Positions 17,701 to 26,138 of a stretch of DNA of 47,898 nt are shown piece by piece. The stretch is from an uncultured Anaerolineaceae bacterium. GTDB taxonomy: Bacteria; Chloroflexota; Anaerolineae; Anaerolineales; E44-bin32. Positions within the stretch are counted from its first letter, which is position 1; each line of letters begins with the position of its first letter. The stretch lies in assembly GCA_964448245.1 (NCBI GenBank), contig CAYUWF010000004.1:1-47898 (forward strand). The letters run 5' to 3'. Both the position numbers and the translations under genes were made by a program. Under the pieces are notes generated by a model, which saw nothing but the letters and a program-made list of their open reading frames with translations, did not search any database and had not been told where the DNA came from.

Positions 17701-19024
17701 GATTGATCACGCGGCGGTAGAGATCGTTGAGGTCCGAAGTGGCGAATCGTCCGCCGTCGAGCTGGACCATCGGCCGCAGGTCGGGGGGGATGACCGGCAG
17801 CACCGTCAGGACCATCCACTCCGGGCGGTTGCCCGAGCGGCGGAAGGCCTCGACGACCTTCAAGCGCTTGGTCGCCTTCTTGCGCCGCTGCTTGCTGCGC
17901 GTTAGGCGGATCTCCTCCCACATCTCCTTGGCCAGGGCTTCCAGGTCCAGCCCGCGCAGGATCTCGTGAAAGGCCTCGGCCCCCATGTCGGCCCGGAAGA
18001 CCTGCCCCCAGCGCACCTTCAGCTCGCGGTAGTTCGACTCGCCCAGGAACATCATCGGGCGAATCCCCGCCAATTCCTCGCGCTCCGCCAGCAGCTTCTG
18101 AACCTCTTCCGAGCTGCCTTCGTCGGCGGTGCTGCGCAGATCGACCAACGCCAGGTCGGTTTCGGCCTTGACGCGTTCGATCCCCAGGCGGATCGCCTCC
18201 AGCTCGTGCTCGCGGCGGTCCTTGAGGGCGGCCTCGATCTGATCGAGGCGCTGCTTGACCGACTTCTGCACCCGCGTCAGGTGCTCGCGGGTGATCTCCT
18301 CGCCCTTCTCGGCGATGACGGTCTCGGTCGCCTTGAAGGCGATCGGCGCCCGGGCCGGTTTGCCCAGCTTCTCGGTGAGCGATGCCTCCAGGCGCTGTCC
18401 TTCCTGGATCACCGGATCGATCTCGGCCGCCACCGTTTCGTCGAAGTTTTCGCGGATCTGGCGGGCCTTGGCTTCCAGGTCGTCGATGTGCTTCTTGCGC
18501 CCGGCCTTGAGAACGGCGATGCGCTGGTTCAGGCCGTCGGCGTGGTCCTTCTCCAACCGGGCGACTTCCTCCTCGATGCGCTTGATCGCCTTGCGCCGCG
18601 CCTCTTCGTCGACGTGGGTAACGACGTACTGCGCGAAGTACAGCACCCGGTCGAGGTTGCGGCGGGAAATGTCGAGCAGCAGGCCGAGGTAGGACGGCAC
18701 GCGCCGCGTGTACCAGACGTGCGCCACCGGTGCCGCCAGGGTGATGTGCGCCATGCGCTCCCGGCGGACGGCGGAGCGCGTCACTTCCACGCCGCACTTC
18801 TCGCAAGTGATGCCCTTGAAGCGGATGTTCTTGTACTTCCCGCAGTAGCACTGCCAGTCTTTCGTCGGGCCGAAGATCGCCTCGCAGAACAGGCCATCCT
18901 TCTCCGGCCGCAGCCGACGATAGTTGATCGTCTCGGGCTTGGTCACCTCGCCGTACGACCAACTCATGATCGTGTCCGGCGAGGCCAGGCTTATCCGTAG
19001 TGCCCGAAATCCCTTGGATTCCAC
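14771..19024 (-). CDS. rpoC: DNA-directed RNA polymerase subunit beta-prime
   Basis: N-terminal zinc motif CYCGKYK..CEKCGVE, catalytic NADFDGDQM, and conserved regions throughout. 1417 aa, with a charged insertion near the N-terminus. Confidence 0.97.
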   Translation of the reverse strand: MESKGFRALRISLASPDTIMSWSYGEVTKPETINYRRLRPEKDGLFCEAIFGPTKDWQCYCGKYKNIRFKGITCEKCGVEVTRSAVRRERMAHITLAAPVAHVWYTRRVPSYLGLLLDISRRNLDRVLYFAQYVVTHVDEEARRKAIKRIEEEVARLEKDHADGLNQRIAVLKAGRKKHIDDLEAKARQIRENFDETVAAEIDPVIQEGQRLEASLTEKLGKPARAPIAFKATETVIAEKGEEITREHLTRVQKSVKQRLDQIEAALKDRREHELEAIRLGIERVKAETDLALVDLRSTADEGSSEEVQKLLAEREELAGIRPMMFLGESNYRELKVRWGQVFRADMGAEAFHEILRGLDLEALAKEMWEEIRLTRSKQRRKKATKRLKVVEAFRRSGNRPEWMVLTVLPVIPPDLRPMVQLDGGRFATSDLNDLYRRVINRNNRLKRLVELGAPDVIVRNEKRMLQEAVDSLIDNAQRGKALSRRGRRELKSLSDMLKGKKGRFRRNLLGKRVDYSGRSVIVIGPHLKLYQCGLPKTMALELYRPFVISKLVSYNYAANVKGAKRIIERERPEVWEVLEEVIRDRPVLLNRAPTLHRLGIQAFEPVLVEGKAIHLHPLVCFAFNADFDGDQMSVHLPLSDKAVEEARRLMLSAKNLLKPADGEPVVGPSKDMVLGVYYLTMAGAGRPHRGQGRAFSDLDDVEMAYALSQVEVHTPIKLQIETWYDAEGRRMSQPEIQVVETTVGRALFNRVLPPEMHFVNRVLDKAGMQDLVGEVYNQLREEGTPAVVDAIKDIGFAYATRSGTTIAVSDIAVPPEKEAIIARTLAEAEIVRRDYQRGLLTEQEQTERVIDLWQKTTAEVALAVRRGMDPAGSLSTMALSGATKGGFGPISQLAGMRGLMADPSGRIIPLPIRSNFRDGLSTLEYFISTHGARKGLTDTALRTADAGYLTRRLVDVAQDLIISSPDCGTDQGIWIRRSDDVAGQEFSARMVGRILAERVVHPQTGEIMLDRGENITVEVAGGLAAAGLEAILVRSPLTCELSFGMCVACYGMDLGRGEMVEQGATVGIVAAQSIGEPGTQLTLRTFHTGGVAAGGDITTGLPRVEELFEARKKPKGEAITAEIAGTIKIIHGVHAEGQRVVQVMNSELIQDEYNVPGNWSLRVEDGGEVKAGDVIATRGEAQISATHAGRVRLEDRKVTVAYDQIDEAVYDVAPSSRILVKDGEKVVAGQQITEGSLNPHRILRISGGEACELYLLTEVQKVYRSQGQNINDKHFEVIIRKMLSKVQITHPGDTDMLPGDLVERLFLKAINERLLGEGKQPARAVPVLLGVTKASLSTESFLSASSFQHTIKVLAGAAIEGKVDYLRGLKENVIIGKLIPAGTAFPGEQVMLHDERLVVRPAPGVVVEESTAVVAE

Positions 19025-19182
19025 GCTAACCGCCTCCGACCGAGAAGATCCCCTGGGCTCCCCCGTGTCAAGGGTGGAACAAACGTGCTAGGCCTCGAGC
19101 AACGTAAAACCAGCGCCCGAGGGGTCTTCCTCAAGCGCTGATGTGCCGTCAGGCGTCAATATGGAACTGCACGTGCAGAGTA

Positions 19183-19210
19183 TTTTACGTCAACTGGGAC
19201 CGTTGTCAAG
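19183..19210 (-). promoter_or_regulatory. Predicted sigma70-type promoter of rpoC
   Basis: Minus strand: -35 TTGACA (19205-19210), 16-nt spacer, -10 TAAAAT (19183-19188). About 150-nt leader to the rpoC start. Confidence 0.6.
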
Positions 19211-19268
19211 GGTCCGGCGACGATCTCCCCTCCCCTGACCCCTTCGACAACCGGGCCCGCTCCCCGCC

Positions 19269-19499
19269 CCAGGAGGCTGCTGAAAAAGCCCGTTCCCGCC
19301 TCAGCCCCCGACACCTCGCGGACACCGTCCCGGCGCCCTTCCGGGCGCAGTCTGTAAGGCCTCTCCGCCGACACCGCCCGAGCACGAGCGGTTTCGTGGC
19401 GGAGGGGGAGCAGAAGCACTGGGGGAGCCCCTTCGGGATGTCACGGGGGTCAGGGGTGGGGGGTTTGAGGACGGTCGCCATTTTTCAGCAACCTGCTAG
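19269..19499 (+). mobile_element. MITE-like structured repeat, copy B
   Basis: 5' ..AGGAGGCTGCTGAAAAAGCCCGTTCCCGCCTCAGCCCCC.. and 3' ..GGGGTGGGGGGTTTGAGGACGGTCGCCATTTTTCAGCAACCTGCTAG. The terminal CTAG overlaps the argF stop codon. Confidence 0.7.
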
Positions 19500-20497
19500 T
19501 CCCCCAGAGTTGCCACCATCAAGGCTTTGATCGTATGCATCCGGTTCTCAGCCTGGTCGAAGACGATCGAGTGCTCGGACTCGAAAACCTCTTCCGTCAC
19601 CTCCAGCCCGTCCAGCCCACTTTTCTGAAAGATGTCTTCGCCCACCCGGGTTTCGCGATTGTGGAAGGCCGGCAGGCAGTGCATGAATTTGACCTTGGGA
19701 TTGCCGGTCTTGCGGACCACGTCCATGCTCACCTGATACCCCTTGAGCAGCTTGAGGCGCTCGTCCCAGACCTCCTTGGGCTCGCCCATCGAGACCCATA
19801 CATCGGTATACAGGTAATCGACCCCGCCCACCCCATCAGCGACGTTCTCGGTCAGGGTCAGGCGGGCGCCGGTTTCCGCCGCGATCTGCCGGCAGGTCCG
19901 GACCAGCTCGTCCTCGGGCCACAGAGCCTTGGGCGCGCACAACCGCACATCCATCCCCAGCTTGCAGCCCATCACCATCAGGGAGTTGCCCATGTTGTTG
20001 TGCGCATCTCCCAGGTAGCAATAGGCGATCTCGCGCAGGGGTTTCTCGCTGTGCTCCGTCATCGTCAGGACATCGGCCAGCAACTGAGTTGGATGGAACT
20101 TGTCGGTCAGGCCGTTCCACACGGGGACCCCGGCGTAGCGGGCGAGCGTCTCGACCGTCTCCTGCGCGAATCCTCGGTATTCGATCCCGTCGTACAGACG
20201 GCCCAGCACGCGGGCGGTGTCCTTCATCGACTCCTTGTGGCCGATCTGCGATCCTTCCGGCCCGAGATAGGTGACGCGGGCCCCCTGATCGTATGCCGCT
20301 ACTTCGAAGGAACAGCGCGTCCGCGTCGAGGCCTTCTCGAAGATCAAGGCGATGTTCTTCCCCTTCAGACGGGGCTCTTCATAACCTCGGTACTTGGCCA
20401 CCTTCAGCTCGGCCGACAACTTGAGCAGGAACCCGAGTTCCTCAGGCGTGAAGTCGAGCTCCTTGACGAAGCTGCGGTTGCGAAGGTTGAAGGCCAT
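19496..20497 (-). CDS. argF: Ornithine carbamoyltransferase
   Basis: [12 protein letters not shown] carbamoyl-phosphate motif, ..HPTQLLAD.., ..FMHCLPAFH... 333 aa. An anabolic versus catabolic role cannot be decided from sequence. Confidence 0.93.
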   Translation of the reverse strand: MAFNLRNRSFVKELDFTPEELGFLLKLSAELKVAKYRGYEEPRLKGKNIALIFEKASTRTRCSFEVAAYDQGARVTYLGPEGSQIGHKESMKDTARVLGRLYDGIEYRGFAQETVETLARYAGVPVWNGLTDKFHPTQLLADVLTMTEHSEKPLREIAYCYLGDAHNNMGNSLMVMGCKLGMDVRLCAPKALWPEDELVRTCRQIAAETGARLTLTENVADGVGGVDYLYTDVWVSMGEPKEVWDERLKLLKGYQVSMDVVRKTGNPKVKFMHCLPAFHNRETRVGEDIFQKSGLDGLEVTEEVFESEHSIVFDQAENRMHTIKALMVATLGD

Positions 20498-20546
20498 CTA
20501 TGCGGCTCCTTTCGAAGAAACATTTATTCCGCCGATTCTGCGCCGC

Positions 20547-20757
20547 TCCCCGGGCTGAAGCCCGGTTCAGGTCTAGGGTAGTCCCGTCCCCTAGGCCGGG
20601 TCCGAGAACGCAGCCCGCCCGGGCTAAAGCCGGGCCCACCGTCGGTCTGGCGATCGCAGCCATCGATCGGGCCCCCGTCCGGCTCCTCGTCGGCCCGGCC
20701 ATTAGGTCGGGTCCGAGGACTGCAGCCGCCCGGGCTAATGCCCGGGACTACCGTTGG
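20547..20757. repeat. Cluster of CCCGGGCT(G/A)A(A/T)GCCCGG hairpin repeats, including two ~48-bp direct repeats
   Basis: Hairpin at 20549-20564. Unit 1 at 20598-20645 (GGGTCCGAGAACGCAGCCCGCCCGGGCTAAAGCCGGGCCCACCGTCGG) and unit 2 at 20709-20757 (GGGTCCGAGGACTGCAGCCGCCCGGGCTAATGCCCGGGACTACCGTTGG). Confidence 0.6.
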
Positions 20758-20788
20758 ACACAGCAGGCCCAGCAATACCGCAGGGGGA

Positions 20789-23700
20789 TCACGTGCCTTC
20801 CGGGGCCGATGCCGGAAACGGCCGAGCCTCTCCGTCAATCTGGCGAATCGGGACCTCCAAAGTGAAGACACTGCCGGACCCTAGGCGACTCTCGACCGTC
20901 ACGCGCCCGCCGTGCTGCTCGGCGATCGACTTGACGATCGCCAGACCCAGCCCCGAGCCGCGCTCGCGGGTCGCTTCCGCGGCGCGCGCCCGATAGAACT
21001 TCTCGAACAGCCGCGGCTGATCGGCCGGTGCGATGCCGACGCCCGAGTCCTCCACGCGGAACTGTTGCACCCCGTCGGTTTGTCCGGCGCTGATGCGCAC
21101 TCGCCCCTGGGGCGGTGTGTACTTGATGGCGTTGTCGACCAGATTGGCGACGGCCTGGCGCAGCAGCGTCGGGTCGGCCTCGATCGGCATCAGCGTATCC
21201 GCCACATCGAGTGTCAGCGCCACCTGCTTGTTGGCGGCCTGCGGCCGGTAGGTTTGGACGACCTCCTGCAGGATAGCCGCCGGCTGGATCGTCTCCAGAC
21301 TCAGGCCCACCCCGGCTTCGATCCGTCCCAGGTCGAGCAGGCCGTCGACCAGGCGGCCCATCTGGTCGACGCTGTCAAGGATCTTGCGGGCGAAATCCTT
21401 CTGCTGATCGTTGAGCGAGCCGACCATCGAGAGCATCGTGCCGTAGCCGCGCATCAGGGTGAGCGGAGTCCGCAGATCATGGCTCACCGTTGCCACGAAC
21501 TCCGACTTGAGCATATCGAGCTTCTTGTAGTGAGTGATGTCGCGCAGGACGCACACCCGGCCGCCGCGGTGCGGCCCGACGCTCTCGACCTCGAGCACCG
21601 AGGCGTAGAGCACACGCCCTCCGGGCAGGCCGATCTCGCCGCTGGCGGCGCCCGTGCCGCGCAGCATTTCCACCAGTCGCGCCACGGAGACCACCTCCTC
21701 GACCGGCTTGCGCCGCGCCTGCTCCGGGCTGACGCGCAGCACCATTTCCGCCGCCGGGTTGGCCAGGGCGATTGCCCCGCGCGGATCGATCAGCAGCACC
21801 CCGTCCGGCGTGGCCTCGAGCGTCGCCGCCAGGCGCAGCCGCTCCTGCTCCGCCCGTTGATACAATCGGGCGTTGGCCACCGACACGCCCAGCTGACCGG
21901 CCAAGATCGTCAGCAGGCTCGTCTCGTCGTTGGTGAACAAGTGCGGCCGGCGGTATCCGATCCACAGCGCGCCGACGAACTCCTCCTCGTTCCGCATCGG
22001 CAGCGCCAGTAGGCCTTCGAGAGGCTCGGTCAGCAGGCGCAGGTCGAGCACCGCCCGCGCCCGCCCTGGGTTCTCCAGGACGAAGCGGCCGCGCTCGCGG
22101 CTCAACGCCAGGAGCTGAGCATCAAGAGCTGTCCAGCCTCCCGGATCGATCCCGGCCTGGAAAGTTTCCAGGTCCGGCGACTCACCCTCGCGGGGCGTCA
22201 GCGCCACACGCACCAGGTCGCTCTCGGTCAGATCCTGCACGCCGATCAGGATCGGCGGCATCACTTCCGGCAGGTTGAAGGTGGCCGCCATGCGCTGCGT
22301 CGCCTGGAGCAGCAGATCCATTTCGTTCAGCCGGGTCTTTAGGCCGCGCCGCATCCGCTCCAACGCCGCCGCCAGCCGGCCGACTTCGTCCTCACCGATG
22401 CCGGGCACGGGCCGGTCGAGATTGCCGCGGGCGATGGACTCGGCGGCCAGGGTCATCTGGCGCAGCGGCCGGGTAAGGCCGCGGCTGACGGCGTACGTCA
22501 ACAGGACGACCACCACGCCGGCTACGGCGATCACGGCGAACAGCCGCGCGGCGATGGGAATAGCGAGCCGGTCGACACCGGATTGGGGAACGGTCAGGAC
22601 GATGGTCCACGCATGCCCCGGCACGGGGTAGACGTAGGCCAGCTGCGCCGTCCCGTCGAGCGCCGTCACGGCAAACGCCTCGCCGCCGATCGACTCGGCT
22701 AGCACCGTCATGTCGCCGACCTGGGAGGGATCAGTGTGAAGCAGGATCGTCCCGTCCTCAGCCACGAGCATCGCCGCGCCATCCGGGAACTTCCGGATGA
22801 CCGCCGCCACCGGCTGCAGCATCGGATTCGTCGCCAGATCGGTCCACCCGGCGAGCACGCCGACGACGGCCGTGCCATCCGCGGATCGCACCGGCGAAAA
22901 GAAGATGGTCTGTGAGCCCGGCGGGTGAGAACCGACGGATACGCTCACTTCTTGCGGCACCCCGGCCAGCGCCGCGGCCAGCGCCACCTCCACTTCAAGG
23001 CCGAACTTCGGCGGACCTTCGTCCGTCAGCGAGGCGGCGGCCGCCATCGCCCCGGATCCGTCGAAGAACGCCGCCTGTTGGAAGAACGGAAAGGTATCCA
23101 GCACTCGCCGCAGGCCCTCCGGCGAGGCCGGCACCGGCCCTCCCGAGGGCTCGAGCTGATCCGCCGCCTGCTGCAAGAAGGAGCGTCCGCTCTGTCCGAA
23201 GAACGGCACACCACCGCCGGCCTGCACCGCGGTTTGCGCCATCTGGTTCTCGACGAGCTCACGGGCCGAGCTGCGCACCAGAACCCAATTCCCGATGAGC
23301 AGCACCACCGCCGCCACCATCCCCACCAGGAGAAAAAAGGCCACCATGCGCGCGCCGAGAGACCGCAGGTAGGGAGCCGACGACAGAGGCGTCGGTCGCT
23401 TCCAGCGCGCCGGAGCCATGAACAGCGCCACCTCTGCTGCGAGGCCGGCCAGGATGGCTTCGAGCAGCGCCGCCTGGAGGACGACGCCTCCCTGCGCGAC
23501 AACGTACTCGGCTCCGTCGAGGGGGGACCCGCCGCTGTAGACAAAGAGCTCGAGGCAGCGGGCCAGCCCGTAGACCAATCCACCGACGAGCGCCGCCACT
23601 ACCGGTCGACGCGCCGCCGACCCCATCGCGTCGCGATAGGGTCGCTGAAGTACCCACGCCATCAGGGCCGCCGACAGCGCCAAGTCGAGCGGGGTAAGCA

Positions 23701-24094
23701 GACTGTGGGTGTACCAACCTCCGACGACGAGTCCCGCCGCCAAGCCGACGGCGGCTGCCGGCGCGACCCCCAACCACCCCGCGGCAATGACCAGCGGGAT
23801 CATGCCGATCAGCTGCGCCGCCTGTGCCGTTGGTTGCAGAGGGAGTCCGGGGGTCGTCAGGCTGCCCGGCGCCGGGAAATACACCACCACTACCGCTTGC
23901 GCCGCCAGCCCGGCCAGCAGCAGAGCCCCGGGCAGCGGCCAGCCCAGGGCGATCGGCGCCTCATGACGCCTTCGATGGTCGATGACGATCCAGATGAAAA
24001 CGAGCAGGGAGAGGCCGACAAGCAGGAAGCCAGACGAGCGCTGCGGCAACCCGAAACCGAACGCGTCTGTGAGTCCCCAGGTTTCGAAAGTCAT
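20789..24094 (-). CDS. Multi-domain membrane sensor histidine kinase
   Basis: Long polytopic N-terminal membrane region, an extracytoplasmic segment, a HAMP-like linker, and GAF- and PAS-like regions. H-box SHDLRTPLTLMRGY, N-box DNAIKYTPPQG, G-boxes DSGVGI and GSGLGLAI. Confidence 0.9.
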   Translation of the reverse strand: MTFETWGLTDAFGFGLPQRSSGFLLVGLSLLVFIWIVIDHRRRHEAPIALGWPLPGALLLAGLAAQAVVVVYFPAPGSLTTPGLPLQPTAQAAQLIGMIPLVIAAGWLGVAPAAAVGLAAGLVVGGWYTHSLLTPLDLALSAALMAWVLQRPYRDAMGSAARRPVVAALVGGLVYGLARCLELFVYSGGSPLDGAEYVVAQGGVVLQAALLEAILAGLAAEVALFMAPARWKRPTPLSSAPYLRSLGARMVAFFLLVGMVAAVVLLIGNWVLVRSSARELVENQMAQTAVQAGGGVPFFGQSGRSFLQQAADQLEPSGGPVPASPEGLRRVLDTFPFFQQAAFFDGSGAMAAAASLTDEGPPKFGLEVEVALAAALAGVPQEVSVSVGSHPPGSQTIFFSPVRSADGTAVVGVLAGWTDLATNPMLQPVAAVIRKFPDGAAMLVAEDGTILLHTDPSQVGDMTVLAESIGGEAFAVTALDGTAQLAYVYPVPGHAWTIVLTVPQSGVDRLAIPIAARLFAVIAVAGVVVVLLTYAVSRGLTRPLRQMTLAAESIARGNLDRPVPGIGEDEVGRLAAALERMRRGLKTRLNEMDLLLQATQRMAATFNLPEVMPPILIGVQDLTESDLVRVALTPREGESPDLETFQAGIDPGGWTALDAQLLALSRERGRFVLENPGRARAVLDLRLLTEPLEGLLALPMRNEEEFVGALWIGYRRPHLFTNDETSLLTILAGQLGVSVANARLYQRAEQERLRLAATLEATPDGVLLIDPRGAIALANPAAEMVLRVSPEQARRKPVEEVVSVARLVEMLRGTGAASGEIGLPGGRVLYASVLEVESVGPHRGGRVCVLRDITHYKKLDMLKSEFVATVSHDLRTPLTLMRGYGTMLSMVGSLNDQQKDFARKILDSVDQMGRLVDGLLDLGRIEAGVGLSLETIQPAAILQEVVQTYRPQAANKQVALTLDVADTLMPIEADPTLLRQAVANLVDNAIKYTPPQGRVRISAGQTDGVQQFRVEDSGVGIAPADQPRLFEKFYRARAAEATRERGSGLGLAIVKSIAEQHGGRVTVESRLGSGSVFTLEVPIRQIDGEARPFPASAPEGT

Positions 24095-24126
24095 CCCAGT
24101 CGGCTTTGGGGTGCCACGCCAAGCGG

Positions 24127-24136
24127 ATTATAGCAC
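24127..24136 (-). promoter_or_regulatory. Extended -10 element for the large sensor kinase gene
   Basis: The minus strand reads GTGCTATAAT, about 30 nt upstream of the ATG at 24094. No clear -35. Confidence 0.45.
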
Positions 24137-24151
24137 CGCGTTGGCCGCGGC

Positions 24152-24180
24152 TTGCCGCGCCTAGGCCTTTGTGCTAAACT
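24152..24180 (+). promoter_or_regulatory. Predicted promoter of the receiver/ATPase - cobB - kinase operon
   Basis: -35 TTGCCG (24152-24157), 17-nt spacer ending in TG, -10 TAAACT (24175-24180). Confidence 0.5.
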
Positions 24181-24210
24181 GCCTCGGCGCGACGGCGAGG
24201 CGTCTCGGCG

Positions 24211-25359
24211 ATGGCCGAAAAGATCCTCATCATCGATGACGATGTCGATACCCTCAAGCTCGTCGGCCTGATGCTGGAGCGCCAGGGATACGAGATCGCC
24301 GTCGCCAACAACGGCGCTCTTGGCCTGAGCAAGGCCGCCGCCGAACATCCCCAGTTGATCCTGCTGGATGTGATGATGCCCGACCTCGACGGCTACGAGG
24401 TCACGCGCCGTCTGCGCCGCGATCCGGGCGTCGCCCACATCCCTGTCATCATGTTCACCGCCAAGACTATGGTCGACGACAAGGTCGCCGGATTCGAGGC
24501 CGGGGTCGACGACTACCTGACGAAGCCGACCCACCCCGCCGAACTGACGGCGCATGTCAAGGCGGTCCTGGCCCGCGCCGCCCAGGTCCGGTTGGCCCCC
24601 GTCGACCGGGCGAAGATGGTCGCCTTCCTGGGCGCCAAGGGCGGCGTCGGCACGACCACGCTCGCCCTCAACGTCAGCGTCTCCCTGCAGGGGCGAGGCC
24701 AGGACGTGATCCTGGCCGAGTTCAATCCCGGGCGGGCCTCGATCGGTCTGATCCTTGGCGTCCCCGATCCGTCCGCCCTGTCCAACTTGCTCCACCGTTC
24801 GATGAAGGACATCCACCTGCGCTCGGTCGAGTCGGAACTGGTCAGCGACCGAACCGGGGTCCGTTTGCTGCTCGCCTCGCCCAAGCCGAGCGAGGGCGAC
24901 CTCGATCAGGCCGTTTCGCAGATGGAGGCCGTCCTCAACAACCTGGCCTCGATGTGCACCGTCGTCACCATCGACATGGGCGACGGCCTGCGCCCCTACA
25001 GCAAGGCCGTGCTGCGCATGGTCGATCGCGTGATCCTGGTCACAGAACCGATCTACCCTTCCAACGTTCTGGCGCGCGCCCTGGTCGAAGAGCTCGAACG
25101 CGACGGCCCCGGCAGGCAGAAGATCCACCTGGCGCTCGTCAACCGCGAACGCACGAGCCTGCAAATCCCCTGGCGACAGGTGGCGTCGGACCTGGGTCTC
25201 GAGCTGGCCGGCATCGTCTCGCCCGCGCCGGAACAGGCTCATCAATCGGCGCAGGGTGGTCGGCCGCTGGTCGTCAGCCATCCCGACAGCCTGGTGGCCG
25301 ATCAGCTGCACAAGCTGACGGAGCAGATCGCCGAGCACCTGCAACTCCCCTCAGGATGA
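24211..25359 (+). CDS. Response-regulator receiver domain fused to a ParA/MinD-like (CpaE/TadZ-type) ATPase domain
   Basis: Canonical receiver (..ILIIDDDVD.., ..LILLDVMMPDLDG.., ..MFTAKT.., ..DDYLTKP..) followed by FLGAKGGVGTTTLALNVS (deviant Walker A). Confidence 0.85.
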   Translation: MAEKILIIDDDVDTLKLVGLMLERQGYEIAVANNGALGLSKAAAEHPQLILLDVMMPDLDGYEVTRRLRRDPGVAHIPVIMFTAKTMVDDKVAGFEAGVDDYLTKPTHPAELTAHVKAVLARAAQVRLAPVDRAKMVAFLGAKGGVGTTTLALNVSVSLQGRGQDVILAEFNPGRASIGLILGVPDPSALSNLLHRSMKDIHLRSVESELVSDRTGVRLLLASPKPSEGDLDQAVSQMEAVLNNLASMCTVVTIDMGDGLRPYSKAVLRMVDRVILVTEPIYPSNVLARALVEELERDGPGRQKIHLALVNRERTSLQIPWRQVASDLGLELAGIVSPAPEQAHQSAQGGRPLVVSHPDSLVADQLHKLTEQIAEHLQLPSG

Positions 25360-26138
25360 ATTCCGCCTCCGCCGAGCCGCAGGTCCGCCGAGCCGTGGGT
25401 CGGGCCGCCGACCTGCTGCGAACCGCGCAGCACGCGGTGGCGCTGACCGGTGCCGGCCTGTCGACTCCCTCGGGCATTCCCGATTTCCGCTCGGCCGGCA
25501 CCGGGCTGTGGGAGCACGTCGACCCGATGGCCGTGGCTTCGCTGACCAGCTTCCGCTACGACCCGGAGGCTTTTTTCGGGTTCCTGCGGCCCCTGGCGTC
25601 GCAGATTCTGCTGGCCGAGCCCAACGCCGCGCATCGCGCTCTGGCCCGCCTGGAACAAGCCGGCCGGCTGATCGGCGTGATCACGCAGAACATCGACCAG
25701 CTCCACCAGAAGGCGGGTTCCCGGCGGGTCTTGGAGGTTCACGGCAATGTCTGCCGCGCCACCTGCGTCGCCTGCTACCGCGAGGTCGAGGCCGGCCTCT
25801 CCCTGGATCAATTCATCCAGGACGGCGCCGTGCCGCGCTGCCCGGCCTGCGGCGGCGTGCTCAAGCCGAACGTCATCCTGTTCGGGGAGCAGCTGCCGCG
25901 CGCCCCCTTCGAGACGGCGCGCAGCTGGTGCGCCGCCGCCGATGTGATGCTCGTCGCCGGCTCATCGCTCGAGGTCATGCCGGTCTCGCGCCTGCCGCAG
26001 ATCGCCCTCGACGCCGGCGCCCGGCTGATCATCGTTAACCGTGAACCGACTTATCTCGACCCGCGGGCTGAGGCGATCTTCCACGAAGACCTGGTCGAGA
26101 TCCTGCCGGAGCTGGCAACGGAGGTCCTCGGTGAGTGA
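25356..26138 (+). CDS. cobB: NAD-dependent protein deacylase (Sir2/CobB family)
   Basis: GAGLSTPSGIPDFRS, QNIDQLHQKAG, catalytic LEVHGN, and a zinc ribbon CVACY..CPACGG. The ATG 25356 overlaps the upstream stop (ATGA). Confidence 0.9.
   Translation: MNSASAEPQVRRAVGRAADLLRTAQHAVALTGAGLSTPSGIPDFRSAGTGLWEHVDPMAVASLTSFRYDPEAFFGFLRPLASQILLAEPNAAHRALARLEQAGRLIGVITQNIDQLHQKAGSRRVLEVHGNVCRATCVACYREVEAGLSLDQFIQDGAVPRCPACGGVLKPNVILFGEQLPRAPFETARSWCAAADVMLVAGSSLEVMPVSRLPQIALDAGARLIIVNREPTYLDPRAEAIFHEDLVEILPELATEVLGE

Noticed and set aside
16013-17905. 630-aa ORF antisense to rpoC (also 17966-19000 and 15302-15928)
   Set aside because: The opposite strand is beta-prime, with all conserved motifs present. 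These are artefacts of high GC.
20510-20535. Possible ARG box (GGAATAAATGTTTC) in the AT-rich patch just upstream of argF
   Set aside because: It matches only about 9 of 14 positions of the TGAATAAAAATTCA-type core and occurs as a single copy. That is too weak to call.
20912-25344. Long ORFs at 20912-22012(+), 22925-24133(+) and 24091-25344(-), plus similar ones at 3309-4550(-), 43781-45307(-), 44859-45758(-), 6646-7833(-), 10630-11562(-) and 11455-12897(+)
   Set aside because: All are antisense to, or out of frame with, genes identified by strong family motifs. Their composition is typical of non-coding frames in GC-rich DNA.
25356-26138. SIR2 domain as an anti-phage NADase effector (Thoeris/DSR/pAgo-associated type)
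   Set aside because: The protein has the full deacylase signature (GAGxS..GIPDFR, QNID, catalytic HG, CxxC..CxxC zinc ribbon) and a short CobB-like length. It has no defence partners (no TIR, HerA, Argonaute or helicase) nearby.
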